Origin: Camelus dromedarius | Taxonomy: Eukaryota | Direction of reading: 5' to 3' | Assembly: GCF_036321535.1 (NCBI RefSeq) | Contig: NC_087437.1 | Span: 29,824,001-29,888,000 of the forward strand | DNA: 64,000 bases | In this document: positions 49,401-62,697 of the stretch, piece after piece | How the letters are laid out: the number at the start of each line of letters is the position of its first letter | Numbering within the stretch: the first letter of the stretch is position 1 | Position numbers and translations under genes: made by a program | Notes under the pieces: generated by a model | The model's input: the letters and a program-made list of their open reading frames with translations, nothing else | Database searches by the model: none | What the model was told of the DNA's origin: nothing

Positions 49401-50994
49401 AGATTTTGATTTTTCTTCCCATATTCATAAAGGGAAGAAAATCAGCATCCCTTAAGAATGACTTCAGTCTCTTGTGGAATTCTTCTGAGGATCTGTATTT
49501 TGCACTATATGCGATGCAAAGTTCTGCACAGGAAGCAGTTGCGGTAGATGAAGTTGCACTTACAGAGTGATCAAGGGTGCACCTTTGGAAGCCCTAAGTC
49601 TCAGCGGGGCTTTTGTGCCTGCTGTCGGAATAGTTGGCGTCACTTCTGAACAGAGGAAGGAAAGGTAGAGCGCTGCCCTCTAAATGGCAACAGCGCTGCT
49701 GTTGAGGTTTCACTCACAGCCAGACATGGCTGCTTCTTCCTGGTGTCAATTGTTTTCTGAATGCAGGAAGTGCAGGCTGTGTTCAAAGACAGGTTGGGTT
49801 AAGATCCAGACACACAGCACAGATACATTCTGAGGGGGAGCATTTCCACCCCTAGATTGCCTTTCCACCCCCCGATTGCCTTTCTTTTTGCAAAATGAAC
49901 CGTCCAAGATTTTATTGGTCATGTGTAGTGATTTGATTTACAAGAAAAGATTTAGCTTTATAAAAACATCTATTGCATAAACAAGGTGCCTGTTTTTATA
50001 ACTTCACATTGTTGTGTGAAGGATGGGCTGTGCTTTACTACTGTTGGCTTGGAAGTAAAATGCTTTTAGAAGGATCATAATAGCCCTTGTTTGTATCAGT
50101 TTTCATGTATACAGTAGCCCAGATCAACATTTGAGAAATTGTTAAGGCATTATAGCAGTTTACTTAACATCAGAATATAGTGTGTTCAGCCAGGTGCCAT
50201 TAATACCTAACTATGCCATTGCAAGAGAATTTATTAGTAAGGTTTCCATGGATTCTTTTTCCCTCCTCCTCCAGCCTCTTTAAAAATGCATTATGGACTT
50301 TTGCCAGGGTGCTATAAATAATTGGATTTAGCTTCTCGTCTCCTTTCTTCTGGCTCAGATTACAAATATAAGTTGACAAGCCTTTTCTACTGATTTTGAC
50401 TCACTGAGATTGCATTAAGATTATGAAGAGATGGCTGAGTATCATTTTTCTTCCTTTATTCCTTCTGTAATTGAACTATAAATGTTCCCAATTAATTATA
50501 GTTCTTACAAAGATATCAGTTATTGCAATTCGAAAACTCCAAAGGCTTTGTAATGAAAGACAAACATTTTAGAGCCATGCATTTGTTGAAAGTTGATGCT
50601 AATTACAGCGATTAATTCTTCCTCATGGGGTAAATAACATTTTACAGACTGATAAATGCTTGTATTCTTTCTTTTTATATTAATATGAGAAACTTATCAG
50701 GGATAAGGAATAGACTGATACGTGCATAAAAGTATTTCTAATAAACAATATGTTGCTTTTCTTGGGAATTGATTGAAAACCAAAAGTTACATTTTTCCCC
50801 CCACATATGTGGAGTCTGGGCTTGCAGGATCCTGATACATGGAAGCAAAAGTTTAATGAGTCCCTGATAACTTAAACTGTTTCTAAATTATACATAAATT
50901 TAAGGGGGTGTAAATAATGATTTCAAAAACCTTTTGACTTGGATGGAAATGAGCGTCTTCTCAAGTATCCCTTGGATGCTTTGTCATTTGATGA

Positions 50995-51200
50995 TGATAA
51001 TAATAACATCTATCACTACTTGTCCAGCCCCATGTGTCAGGTACTGTGCTAAATCCTTTGTGTTATTTAATGCTTGCCATGATCTGTACAGGAGATAGTG
51101 GAGGAGAAGCATAGAGGTTAGGTAAATTGCACCCAAGTAGTAAGTACTCAGATAATAAGGGGTGAGCCAGAATTCAGCCCCACATCTGACTCTGGAGCCC
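50995..51200 (-). mobile_element. MIR SINE
   Basis: atgtgtcaggtactgtgctaaatccttt...agaggttaggtaaattgcacccaag...tctgactctggagccc. Confidence 0.7.
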
Positions 51201-51204
51201 TCCC

Positions 51205-51500
51205 TAGGGGGGTCAAATTCAAATCTCTGTCTTGGCAGCCAGGTCAAGCAGGACGGTGTGAGGTGGTTCTGAGTGGTAGGTTCACTGGGGTCACTCTATA
51301 CGGGGGTGTGAATGCAGCCCCAGCCACTGTGGCTGTTGTGGGAACATGAGCTCAGTGTCACGATCTGATATTTCAAGAAAAGTGGGAAATCTGGGTGTGT
51401 GGCTACAGTCTTGATTTTTAAGTGTTGGGAAATAATTCACATTTTTAAAATACACATATGTGGCAGTTTCAACCCATCAACCACCCGTTTGAGAGGCTCT
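51205..51500 (+). mobile_element. hAT-Charlie MER102-like element
   Basis: gggggtcaaattcaaat...gatatttcaagaaaagtgggaaatctgg...gatttttaagtgttgg...ccacccgtttgagaggctctg. Confidence 0.55.
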
Positions 51501-53544
51501 GAAGCTCATTTTGTTGGTTTTATCATTTGTTCAGAATTAGCCTGATAAAGTCAACGGACCTTGTGCCTGTGTACGAGTTCCTCAGAGACTCTCTCTATAG
51601 CCTCAGTAAGTATTAGAGGAGGGAGGGAGGGGGAATGTGTTTTAATGTATTAGGGTGAACACTGTCACCAGGACTTAGAGAAATTAAGCATAAAGAATTT
51701 CAAATAGACCTTTGTCTCTAATAGTATGTGATTTGAGGCATTGAGAAAATAGTATTTTTAATAACACATTCTGATCTTTCCTTTATTTTTCCCTCTGTTA
51801 ATATTAGATGGGCACTGGAATAATACTCCTTTGTCAAATTTTTGATGCAACTAAAGAATCAGGTCGATTTGCATTTTTTTTAATAGTGTTAACATGGGAG
51901 CAAAAACCCTTTTTTTAAAGAACAGGTTTATATACCTACACGCACTTTTTTTCCTGATTCAAAAAATTGAGAAACCTGAGTTGGCTCCTGGGTATTAATC
52001 TGGTAGAAGGTAAGGCAACTCCTGAAAACTGAGAAATGCTTAAAATTAGGAACTGTCTTGATAAGAGAAACATACTATAAGCACAGCAAAGAAAGATAAT
52101 GATGGGGACGCCTGTTAGGCTGAGTCTCTGGGGGTCCTGGATGCCGTGGAAGTGCCCTTGGCGTGCAGATTGGGGCTTCCTGGGGAGGGGACTCCTGCTT
52201 ACAATGCTGTCGGTGTCTATTTTTTTTTTTTTTTACAACATTGAATTTACCGCTGTGGCATAGAGTGGAGGGTGAAAGTCAAAGGAACAGTGGTGGCATC
52301 CCTTTCACCTTGTTTTCAAAGTCTCTACAGAAGGTCACGGTTAGATTTCTGACCTCTGTCCCTCACCTGCAGGTGCACTTCATTCCTATGGTTCAAGTCT
52401 GAGGTGGCCTGCAGCCCACACATAGAGCTGGGAGTGTGAGCCCTGCCCCTTCTGGGCCATGTCGACTATTGTAGAAGGGGGACAAGCGTGGTGGTGACTC
52501 TTTTTACCTAGAACCTCACATGTCCGTTAACTTTACAAGGAAATAAAATATTTCCCTCTCCTTTTTCTATTGTTTATCTTCAAGCCAACCTTAAAAACAG
52601 AATGAAACAAAACAAAACAAAAAAATGTAAGGAATTACTATACAGGAAGCCAAAGGTTTGTAAAAGAAAGGGCCTTAAACATTATATGTTTTTCAGAGGT
52701 CTTGAGTTCTTTTGAAATTCCTAGAGAGAAATTCTGTGCACTTTTTTAATAAAGTTAACTGCCCCTAGTTTATTTACGATATCACTGAATAATAATAATA
52801 ATAAAACCTACAAATGATTTTTTGTTTCAGAAACCACTTCTCTATTGCTGAATTGTGGCTTTTCAGTTTGCCAAAAAAAAAAAATTTATACTGTATGTTT
52901 TGTTTCATTTTGTTTTAGAAAGGAGCCAGTGGATGCTTATTTTACCTAGCTATAACGAGTCCTAAGGAGAGCCCTTGGAAAAGGAACTACTGTTTAATAG
53001 AAAGATGTATAAAACCACTTGGAAACTGTAAAGCACTATACGAGGTCTAGTTAAGCCATCAGGTGTAATAACACAACAATTCGGTAGTTGAAACTCTGGC
53101 TGGCCTTGTTAGCACAGGTGCCAAGGCATTTTCAGTTTCTAGAGAAACCCGAGAAGCTGCTGACATCGCGAGCAGTCACGTGCCTTGGCAGGCCCTGCAT
53201 CCTGCGGTCCAGTGGTCTGCTAGCACGTCCCTTCCCTCCCACAGGCATGGCCTCTTGCATTCCTTTTAAACTGGAGACCATCACCTTATTAAAGGATCAC
53301 AGTGCAGTTCTCCTTTGGGTAAACCCCAGGTAGGCAGTTTCTTTAGTCTTTCTCAAATTCGTGCAAGAAGCTGGAAGCCTGCCCTGCTTCTGTGGCAGAA
53401 AATGAGGATGGAGGCGGTTGTGGGAGCTACTCTTTGGGAGAGAAGTGACCAAATGCAGGTGTATATGTATCTTGGCGAAAGTCCAGATGAGCTGCTTACA
53501 GTGGTTGTCACAACTGTTAAGATGTCAATTAGAAAAAAAAAAGA

Positions 53545-53610
53545 GGGGAGGGAGTAGCTCACTGGTAGTGTGTTTATCATACATGAGGTTCAATCTCCAG
53601 TACCTCCATT

Positions 53611-53613
<3 letters not shown>
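53545..53613 (+). mobile_element. Vic-1-like tRNA-derived SINE (internally deleted)
   Basis: ggggagggagtagctcactggtag...catgaggttcaatctccagtacctccattaaaa; same family as the copies at 5701 and 23333. Confidence 0.82.

Positions 53614-53689
<76 letters not shown>
53614..53689 (+). repeat. compound (CA)n(TA)n microsatellite
   Basis: About 31 uninterrupted CA units followed by about 6 TA units. Confidence 0.97.
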
Positions 53690-53690
<1 letters not shown>

Positions 53691-55054
53691 AAGAAGGAAA
53701 ACTAGAGAATCACAAACTCCCTGCAAACTGAAAGTGGTCACCTCTCCACAATCTGGCCACTGTGTATCCTGGCGAATGACGTATTTGTGGTGATCTAGTG
53801 TTGTCCTTCTTAACAAGCAATAAAAGAAGGTTCTGCAGTCACGTTGTCCTTCCCCAGCGTGTAGGTGGATTCCAGCTGTAGGTTGGCTTTATGAAGGGCC
53901 TCAGAGAGCTGGTTGGGAAGGAACCAAGAGGAGAGGTGCATTGTGGGCTTTTCTTAGAGGGAGTCATATGGATAGAAGCCAGCAGTTAGAGATTTGGTTT
54001 GGACAGCTGGGTCTCATTGGCAGTTCAGAGGAACGGGTGATGGGGCCAGAGTTTTTAGTAAGGGGTTTTGGTAAATTCTTTAAAAGTGGATTGAAGCAGG
54101 GAAGAAAAATAAAAGTGGGGAATGCTATGAAGAGTAAAATACCACGGCAGAAGCTGTGTATTTAGGGACCAGGGTTTTAGTAGAGAAATAAAGAGAAGGA
54201 GGTGGTGTGTATGTAAGACAGAGCACAAACATTGGTGAAATGTGACTGCTCATGGCTTGTAGATTACTGACTGGCAGCAGGGAATGTAGACTTCAGAAGT
54301 ACACTTACTATAGAAATGTTTCTAAAGGAATAGATAATGTATTTTGTAATTCAAAATTCACCATTATTAAAGAAAGTTAAAGGCTGCCAGCATCTTGGTT
54401 GTGGTTAAATGCTAGGTAAGATTTTTATATCCCATTTTGATTCTTTGGGACTCAGCTGCTATCATTGGGCCTCTTTGAAAGTCTTATGGGAGGATGTGAA
54501 AACAAACCTGTTTTAGCTTTCTACAAATGAACCTGTTACTCACCCGTCGGAGGGGATCTATGTGGTGAGGAGGTAGAAGGCTGACAGTTGTCACTTGGAT
54601 CGAAGGCCTGAGCAGTGGGGCCAGGCTGCTTCGGTGTGGACACTGTCTCCAGTGCCTTGGTGTGACTGGGGAGATCCTGGCTGGGTTCCCTCTCGCTGAC
54701 CCTACAGAGATGCTTAACATTCCCACGTCACTCAGCCCTTTAGATCCACAGAGTGGTTTCAGATTGCGTTCCCAGGGGCCCAGAATTCCCTGAAGGCACT
54801 TTAGGGTCAGCCAATTTGGGTGTTAGTCCAAACAACTGGACTCTGGGCCTCCTGACCCGGCCTGAATCAGAACAGCTCTCCTTTATTGTTTAAATCTTGG
54901 GAGTTTTCATAAAAGTCACTTAAAAAGAAATGAAACACACACGGAATCTGCTTTCTGGGAAAGTAGGAAAAGAGAGAGCTCTATACATGAGCAGAATGAG
55001 TGGGTATCAGCTCTGACCCCTTCTGTTCATTTCCCAGCTGCCCTTTTTCATTAA

Positions 55055-55640
55055 AAGAGCTTTATTAAGAGAATAATTCACATACCATGCAAATAAACCA
55101 TTTATGTTATGTAATTTGGTGGTTTTAGTATATTCACAGATTGAGCAAATATCACCACAATCAACTTTACATTTTCAGCCCCTCAAAAAGAAGCCTTGTA
55201 CCCAGTAGCCCTCATTTCCCCCAAAACTTCCCCAGCTCTGGACAGCCACCAGTCCACTTTCTGTTTCTATGGATTTAGCTGTTCTGGACATTTCCTATTA
55301 ATGGAATCATTCAATATGTGGTCTCTTCTGACTAGCTTTTTTCATCTAGCATAGTATTCTCAAGGTTCATCCATGTTGTAACATGTACGAATCTTTATTT
55401 CTTTTTATTGCTGAATAATATTCCATTGTATGGCTAAACCACATTTTATTTACCCATTCATTAGTTGACGGACATTGGGCTGTTCCTCCTTTTTACTGGT
55501 ATATTTTAAGCTGCTATGAACATTTGTGTATAGGTTTTTGTGTGAACATAGGTATTCATTTCTCTTGGGTATACACCTAGGAGTGGGCTTGCTGGGTCGT
55601 ATGGTAACCCTGCGTTTAACATTCTGAGGAACTGCCAGCC
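55055..55640 (-). mobile_element. L1MB-like 3' end
   Basis: agctttattaaga...ttttagtatattcacaga...ctggacatttcctattaatggaatcattcaatatgtgg...ttaacattctgaggaactgccag. Confidence 0.87.
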
Positions 55641-56528
55641 TCCTCTTCTCTTAAGTGGATCATGTGCGTAGACGTGTGGTTGGCCTCCTTGCCTGCTTCT
55701 TTGCTCCTCAGTTCAGACTTCAGCCCTACATCCTGCCCTTCACCCTGCTGCCTCTAGGTTACTTTCTAAAGTAGAAGAAACCTCAGTGGTTCTCTATTAC
55801 GTAGGGAAGGAATTAAAACTGCTTAACATGGCAGTCTGAGTTCTCCCAGTCTAGGCCCTGGCTACGTTTATCATTTCATCCTCCACTCATTTCTCAGTTT
55901 TTGTGTATCTTTCTGTGTTAGGTTTTTCATTCTACAAAGCCAGTGGTTCTTAAACTTCTTTGTGTCATAGACCCCTGTGAAAATATATCATGAACAAGTC
56001 CACCACCACGCTCCTTGGGCACAACCTGCGTGTTCCCATCTTTGCCGGCGTATACCCTCCCCTCCTCGCTCCCCTTCTCCTTCCTGGTAGTCACCTACTG
56101 TGAAAGTCTCTTTTTAAAGCGTCTTTTGAAGGACTTGAAAGAGAGTATTTTGTTCTATTTTTCATCAGTCATGCTAACAGCTATTTGTGCCATCTTCCAC
56201 TGGGGCTCTGAGGGGGTTGAACAGGGTGGGGCTGACCTCCCTAGGAACTGGATGATAGGTGCTACCAAGGCACGGATTTTTGTTGGAATTGCCCTGGGCT
56301 GTGTGTTCTTTGTGCCTAGAGTAGAGCCTGGTATGTGGTAGGTGTTCAGTAAATAGTGAATGAGTAGAGGAGAGAGCTGGGTCTGGAACTTTGAGCTTTC
56401 TGAGATTGATGAAGCTCTGAAGTCAGGCCCCTAAGTAGTTAAGAGGCCTGCATGCAGATACTGGATGTTGGATATTGGCAAGGGAACAGGAGGTTAGAAA
56501 GAGAGAGGTTTAAAACAGATTAAGGGGG

Positions 56529-57017
56529 TGCATTAGTTTCCTATCACTGCTGTAACAAACTACTACAAATTTAGTGGTTTAAAATAACACATTTTTTTTT
56601 CCTTGTAATTCTGAAGATCAGAAATCTGAAGTCAGTTTCACTGGGCTAACATCAAGGTGTCACCAGGGCTGGTTCTTTCTGGAGGCTCTAGGGGAGAATC
56701 CATTGCTGTGCCTTTTCTAGCTTCCACAAGACTCCTGCTTTCCTTGGCTTATGACCATTTCTTGGATCTTCAGGGCCAAATGCATCTTGTCTTTTTTCCT
56801 CTCTGATTTCTGCTCCCATCCTTACATCTTCTGAGTCTGATCTTCCTGCCTTTCTCCTGGAAGGACCCTTGTGATTACATCAAACCCACCTGGATGATCC
56901 AGGATGCTTTCCCAGTGTCAAGACCCTTCATCATATCTGCAAGTTCCCTTTGACCATGGAAGGTAGCATGTTCACAGGACGTGGACATCTTTGGGGACCA
57001 TTACTTAGCCTACCATA
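56529..57017 (-). mobile_element. MaLR solo LTR (MLT1C/D-like)
   Basis: tgcattagtttcctatcactgctgtaacaaa...ggaggctctaggggagaatcc...gacgtggacatctttggggaccatt...cctaccata; 5-bp flanks ggggg and gggga. Confidence 0.88.
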
Positions 57018-57552
57018 GGGGACTCTAAAAATAAACATGGTGCCCCCTGTGTTTTTGCCAAGAGCATCTGGGCCTTGCCTGGCTTAAAGCCTCTTAATCG
57101 TGACATGACTTCTTCCTCACAATGAGCAGGAGGCCAGGGCCAAGAATAGTATTTATATGTAAAGAAATATTCCACCGCTTCTTGTCAGCAAATTGTCAGT
57201 TTTCTCTGGTTTGTTGCTTTCCCATCTGTAACTCACTGATGAGGTACCAACACATAGGACCTATAGAGGACTAACTAAGCTAGACCCTCCTCTAATTTTA
57301 TCATTGATAAGTGCCCATTACAGTTTAAAAAAAATGATGAGGAAGTGTATACCTGTGATTTTGAGCAGATTTGGTGTACGGCAGGATTGTATTACACTTG
57401 ACTACCCAGACTTAAGTGATGGAAATACAGGAGCTAGAATTGGTGCTCTTGAACGGAGTGGACTGGAAAAGTAAGGAAGCCTACTGGCATTATTTAAAAG
57501 ATATGAATTGTGTAAATTCATACAGGAGAGAAAGGCATTTTATTGCACTATG

Positions 57553-57790
57553 AATAATAATGAATGTTAATGAGCACATACCAGGTGCCAGACCATGTTC
57601 TAACCACTTAACACGTTTTAATTCATTCAGTCATCCTGAGAACCACATGAGGTCATACCATTATTATTCCCGCTTTACAAATGAGGAAGCAGAGCCTGGA
57701 GACGTTGAGTTGCCTAAGGTCACACAGCTAGTAAAAGAGCCGGGGCGGGATTTGAACCCAGGCCATCTGGCTCCAGAATCTGCGCTTGTA
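57553..57790 (-). mobile_element. MIR SINE (near full length)
   Basis: gagcacataccaggtgccagacc...tttacaaatgaggaagc...ttgcctaaggtcacacagctagta...gggatttgaacccaggccatctggctccaga. Confidence 0.88.
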
Positions 57791-58670
57791 ACCAAGAGCC
57801 TGCATGCATTTTCCAGAGGTGTGGTGTAATTACGATTAGTCTGGCCATGGTAGGTCCAGTGCAAAATGGACTTTAGTTGGAAATGTGTGCTCTTACAGGT
57901 ATTGTTATCTGATAGAATTTACTCATGAGATAAGAGAGCGCCTGTAGCTAATGTTGGAGGAAAGCATAAAGGCTGAGAAAAAGAAAATGGGAAGCTTGGT
58001 CTTTGGTATAGAGGAGGTGATGTGGAGGCTTCATTGCACGTTCTCTCTTTTCATGCCTTCGTGCTCCCCTACCATTGGCCTGTAGGATCTCTTCCCCTCT
58101 TCCTGGCATGTTTCCTGCTTCCCTGTGCTGCCAGTGGTCTTTCTTGAGCTGATTACTGGTGTGGCGGCGCTGAGGGTTGACCCAGTCTTCCCCACTCCGC
58201 TTGTTCCGTCTCGGTAAATGAAGAAACAGAAATGACTCATTATCCCAGATCCACTTAAAGCCAGGATGAGGATTGTTTACCACAGATCCCGTTCTTTGGA
58301 TACTGTGCTAGCCTGCGCTAATAACCATCTAAAAAGAAAGTATTTAAAAAATCCTCTGGAAGTTGAATGAGTGGGTTGTATGAAAAGGGATGGACTGGAG
58401 CTAGCTGCTGTCAAACTGGAGCACGTTTGAAAAATGTCAGAGGAGACGTGGAATTCTATTTTCCTCGTGCAGACAAGCATCCTTTTTTTGGGGATATTAT
58501 GGTTTGGGAAACTGGCCTGTAGAGTTTTTCAAAATCCTATGTCCTCCTGATTCCTTTTTCTTCTTGATGAAACTAATGGGCATTTATCAGGCATATTTAA
58601 TAAAGAAAAACCAAGATGCAAAGATTTAGGGCTTACTTTAAATGCTACTCTTCCTTGTGGATTGAATTTT

Positions 58671-59190
58671 TGTTAGAGTCCAAACTCATTCTGCTCGCCA
58701 AATGACAGGCCAATAAATCGGGAGATGAGGTTTTTGAGCAGGGAATAATGACTTTATTCAGAAAGACAGCAAACCAAGAAGATGGGAGACTAGTGTCCTG
58801 GAGAACTATTTTACCCAAGTCAGAATTAAGGCTTCTTTTATCCTAAAAAGGGAAGGGGTGTGGCTGGTTGTTGCAAACTTCTTGGTGTTGGAATCCTTTG
58901 TTCTTGGAGCTGTCCTCTTAGGTCAGGTCATGGTGTTCTTGTATACCTCCAACAAGACAAATGTTAGTCTCTGTTCTGCAGCTTTTAATCTCTGTATGAA
59001 TGGAGAAGTGTTACACTGTTAGAGGTCAGAGCCTTGAGAATGGGCTATCCTGTATACTTCAGGCTATGGACAACATTTTTTTTTTTCCACAAAAGGCACA
59101 GAACCAGCATGGCTAAGCTCAGAAAACAGCAAGGGTTGAAGCCAAAGGAACAGGTTTAATATGGAGTCAGATTTGTTCTTCTCTATTACA
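58671..59190 (-). mobile_element. ERV1-class solo LTR (cetartiodactyl MER41-like)
   Basis: TG...CA termini (tgttagag...tattaca), 520 bp, 4-bp flanks tttt and ttct, minus-strand AATAAA at 58753-58758. Family name is from memory. Confidence 0.72.
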
Positions 59191-61357
59191 TTCTGACTTG
59201 AAATCCCAAGGGTGCTACCTAAAAAGGATCTGGAAATAGTGCCTGAAGAAAAACCTGTTCTTCCCTATGCTGAGTTTATTCCAGAATGACCAGTTCACAA
59301 TAGGAAAGGGGGCTTCAGCATGAAAAGATGTGTTTGTTTTAATTGACTTTGTGCCAGTGTTCTGTAAATTCGTTCTTAGTGCTGTTCCCAAGCAGCAGTG
59401 AAGAATCCACCTCTTCCTGGTTTGTTTATAATTGATAATTTATTCTCCAACTACATCCACCAGAGGCTCAAGGCTGCTGGCAAAAAATGACACGTGCACA
59501 ACAGGAAACAAGGCAAGGACAGAGAGAGCCTGCCTGCCCAGCCAGCCCTCCCAGTAGAGCTGCTGAGTGAGGGTGAAACACGGCAACACCCCTCCAGGCA
59601 GCCAGGGGGAAGAGGTCACAGAACTGGTTATGTAACTGTCATCTAATAAAAGGAAACCGTATCTCAGAAGTCATAAATCTTTTCTAGGTTTGGAGTTTTC
59701 AAAGAATTTTTGGCCAGGCAGTGGATTAGTAAAACTGTTCTTGAGGTTACAAGCCCTGTGTCTTGGATGCTGTGTAAGGAGTGTAAACACCCACCTGCCA
59801 TACTTGCCAACCCACAGGGCTGTGCGAGGCCACCCCAGCCCACCCCCCTCATAAGGACCCTAATCACTTAACTGGCCTGAAGTTAAGAACTCGTGCCTGG
59901 CAGATACTTGTTTCATATTATCACTCACTGTTCCTCCCCTTGGAAGACAGCAGTTTTAACAGCAGGGCAGAGGAGGAATACCTGGTATTGATTCATTTAA
60001 CACATTTTTTGAGTCCTCATTCTTTATTTGATCCTCGAAATCCAGTGGTGAACCAGCATACGTGGTCTCAGTTTTCATGTTCATATATAAAATTGGGGGG
60101 GGGGGGAGGATTTTCTACTAGATAGAAATGCATAGTTGTGCTCAAATAAAAAAAAATAATTAAAAACTACAAAACTGTCCATAATAACCCAGAGCACCCC
60201 ACGCCCATGCATACACAAGCTTTCTCCTCTTCTCAGGACGTTTTGATAAGAGTGCTGGCAAATGGTTCCTGTCATTCATTAGAGTGTGGTCTTCATTTCT
60301 GGGAGAAATTAAAATGTGGATGAATGCATGTGAATAGCATTGAAGCAAAAGAATCAGGTATGCAAAAGGTTACCGTGGGAACAAGACCCTTTTCCTCCAA
60401 CTTCTGTGGAGCAGATTCAGATGATAAATACTTTAAATTCTCATTTTTAAGCAAACACTCAGTCTAATGGTATTAACAATTCAAAATCTTTTCAAATACT
60501 GTTTTTCTGTATTTGTGTGGTCCCATTTCTGTTCCCTCTAGTGTGTTTGTGATCAGTGACAGGAAGGACTAGGGAAATGGGAGCCTTCATTGGTGGCAGA
60601 GAAGTCTTGGGGGCACTTGGCTCTGTATTCTCTCTTTGCTCCTCCCTTCCCTAGCCACCAGCTCCGCTTTCTTTGGGATTTGCTGGGTGCCTTGAACAGA
60701 AGGCGTGGGGAGCTGGATTTAAAACTATCGGGCTCTGTGTTACGTGGCATTAAAGGTAAGAAAACCCTTTGTTTATCTCTTTCACTCAGTCTTTTCTGTT
60801 ATCTGTCCGAACTGATCTTAAAGATTTTGATAGGGTGATAAGAATCTTTCAACAAAAACCATCCTAGAGGTTTGAAGGATCAAACAAGTAGCTATTGGAA
60901 TGGGAATGCGGGCTCCCAGAACATTTTTGTTGAGAACGTTTTTTTTCCCCACATTCCCAACCACTTTTAATTCAACCCTTATCCGTTTATTATCAACTCA
61001 GAGAGGAAATTTCAGAAAACATATAGTCTGCTGAGAAGGAAACCCTGTGAGACTCTGACTGGATCAGGGTGTAGGGTATTCTTACTGGGAAGCAGCAGCC
61101 CTGCATTTTTGTTGTATTACTATTTCCTGTGAGTGTGACTCTGGTGTAGGTCTCACAGATGAGCTTCATCTTGTTCATCGATTTTGATTGATTGATGATG
61201 GCTGCCTGGAGTGCAGATTCCGCATCTGGGCAGAGCACCGTAATTAGTTAATGATGCCTGCCGTGCGTTAGTGGTGATACTCTTGCCATGTTGCTCTCTC
61301 TGATCCAGTGTGTTAAAAGAAATTGATGCTGATCTTTAGTGTCAACGTGACCACCAA

Positions 61358-61392
61358 AAAACAAAAACAAAAACAAAAACAAAAACAAAAAT
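61358..61392 (+). repeat. (AAAAAC)n simple repeat
   Basis: About 5 tandem caaaaa units. Confidence 0.9.
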
Positions 61393-62237
61393 AACCCCCA
61401 AACAAATAAGCCCAAAATCTCATTTACCCGCAGCAGAATATAAATTCACTTTGGTAGAGTACAGAACGTTCTGTTATTGCTCTGTTAGAAAAGTATTTCC
61501 AGCAGCACATAGTTTGCTGCCACTTATCTGGAATATTTCTTTGTTTAGTGAAGGCATTTTATTATATAACAGCAATTTAGACATGGAAAACCTGCCTGGT
61601 ATGTTACACGTCTCCAGCGTAAGTGAATATGACCCTCTCTGGCGGAATACTGCCGCCACTTAGATTGACAACTCATTCAAATGAGGAAGGAGTCCAGGAA
61701 TGATTTGAGTTTGCTTTCGGCAGATGGATATTAATGAAGGAAAAGTACCTTGAAAGGATGCCATTCCAAGAAGGGCACAGGAGAACGCTGATTATATCCA
61801 GAGCCCTGCTTCCCCAGCTAGAGCGCTGAGTGCTGAGCTTCTTAGCAGCCTGGAATTGTCCGTAAATCAGGTGGGGGAGGGGCCGGTCTGGCAGGGTTTT
61901 TGGTAAGTGCAGCTGCCACTGAAGAAACGTGGGCTGGGCTTGGTCTCACGTTAGTGACCGTACTTGACAGGATTGTAAAAGGGTAGGCTGGGAGTTCATG
62001 TCTTCATTGGTGGCCCTCACTGCGCCTAGCATGGCTCTGGGAACTCACTTCGTGGTCAATAAATATATACTGACTTGACTTACAAGTGAGTGAAGCACGG
62101 TAGAGACAGACCTCTTTGTAGATGTTACATTCTTGGTAAAATAGCAGTAGAGCAGAATTCCTTGAATGAATTCCATTATTATAATTTTCTGTTTAAAACA
62201 CAGATTTATTCACGCATTAAATATTTGACTGTCTTTT

Positions 62238-62663
62238 CTCCAAAGAAGACATACAGACGGCCAATAGGTACATGAAAAGATGCTCAACATAGTTAATTAT
62301 TAGAGAAATGCAAATCAGAACTACGATGAGGTATCACCTCATACCAGTCAGAATGGCCATCATTCAAAAGTCCACAAACAATAAATGCTGCAGAGGGTCT
62401 GGAGAAAAGGGAACCCTCCTACACTGCTGGTGGGAATGTAAATTGATGTAGCCACTATGGAAGGCAGTATATGGAGGTTCCTTAAAGAACTAAAAATAGA
62501 GTTGCCGTGTGATCCAGTAATCCCATTCCTAGGCATATATCCAGAGAAAACTCGAATTCAGAAAGATACCTATACCCCAGTGTTCATGGCAGCACTATTG
62601 GCAATAGCCAAGCATGGAAGCAACCTGAGTGTCCATCAACAAATGAATGAATAAAGAAGATGT

Positions 62664-62697
<34 letters not shown>

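Noticed and set aside
61980..62240. Tail-to-tail L2 ends as a miR-28/151-type hairpin precursor
   Set aside because: The ends are >100 bp apart, highly diverged and one is split by an L1; no convincing stem visible.
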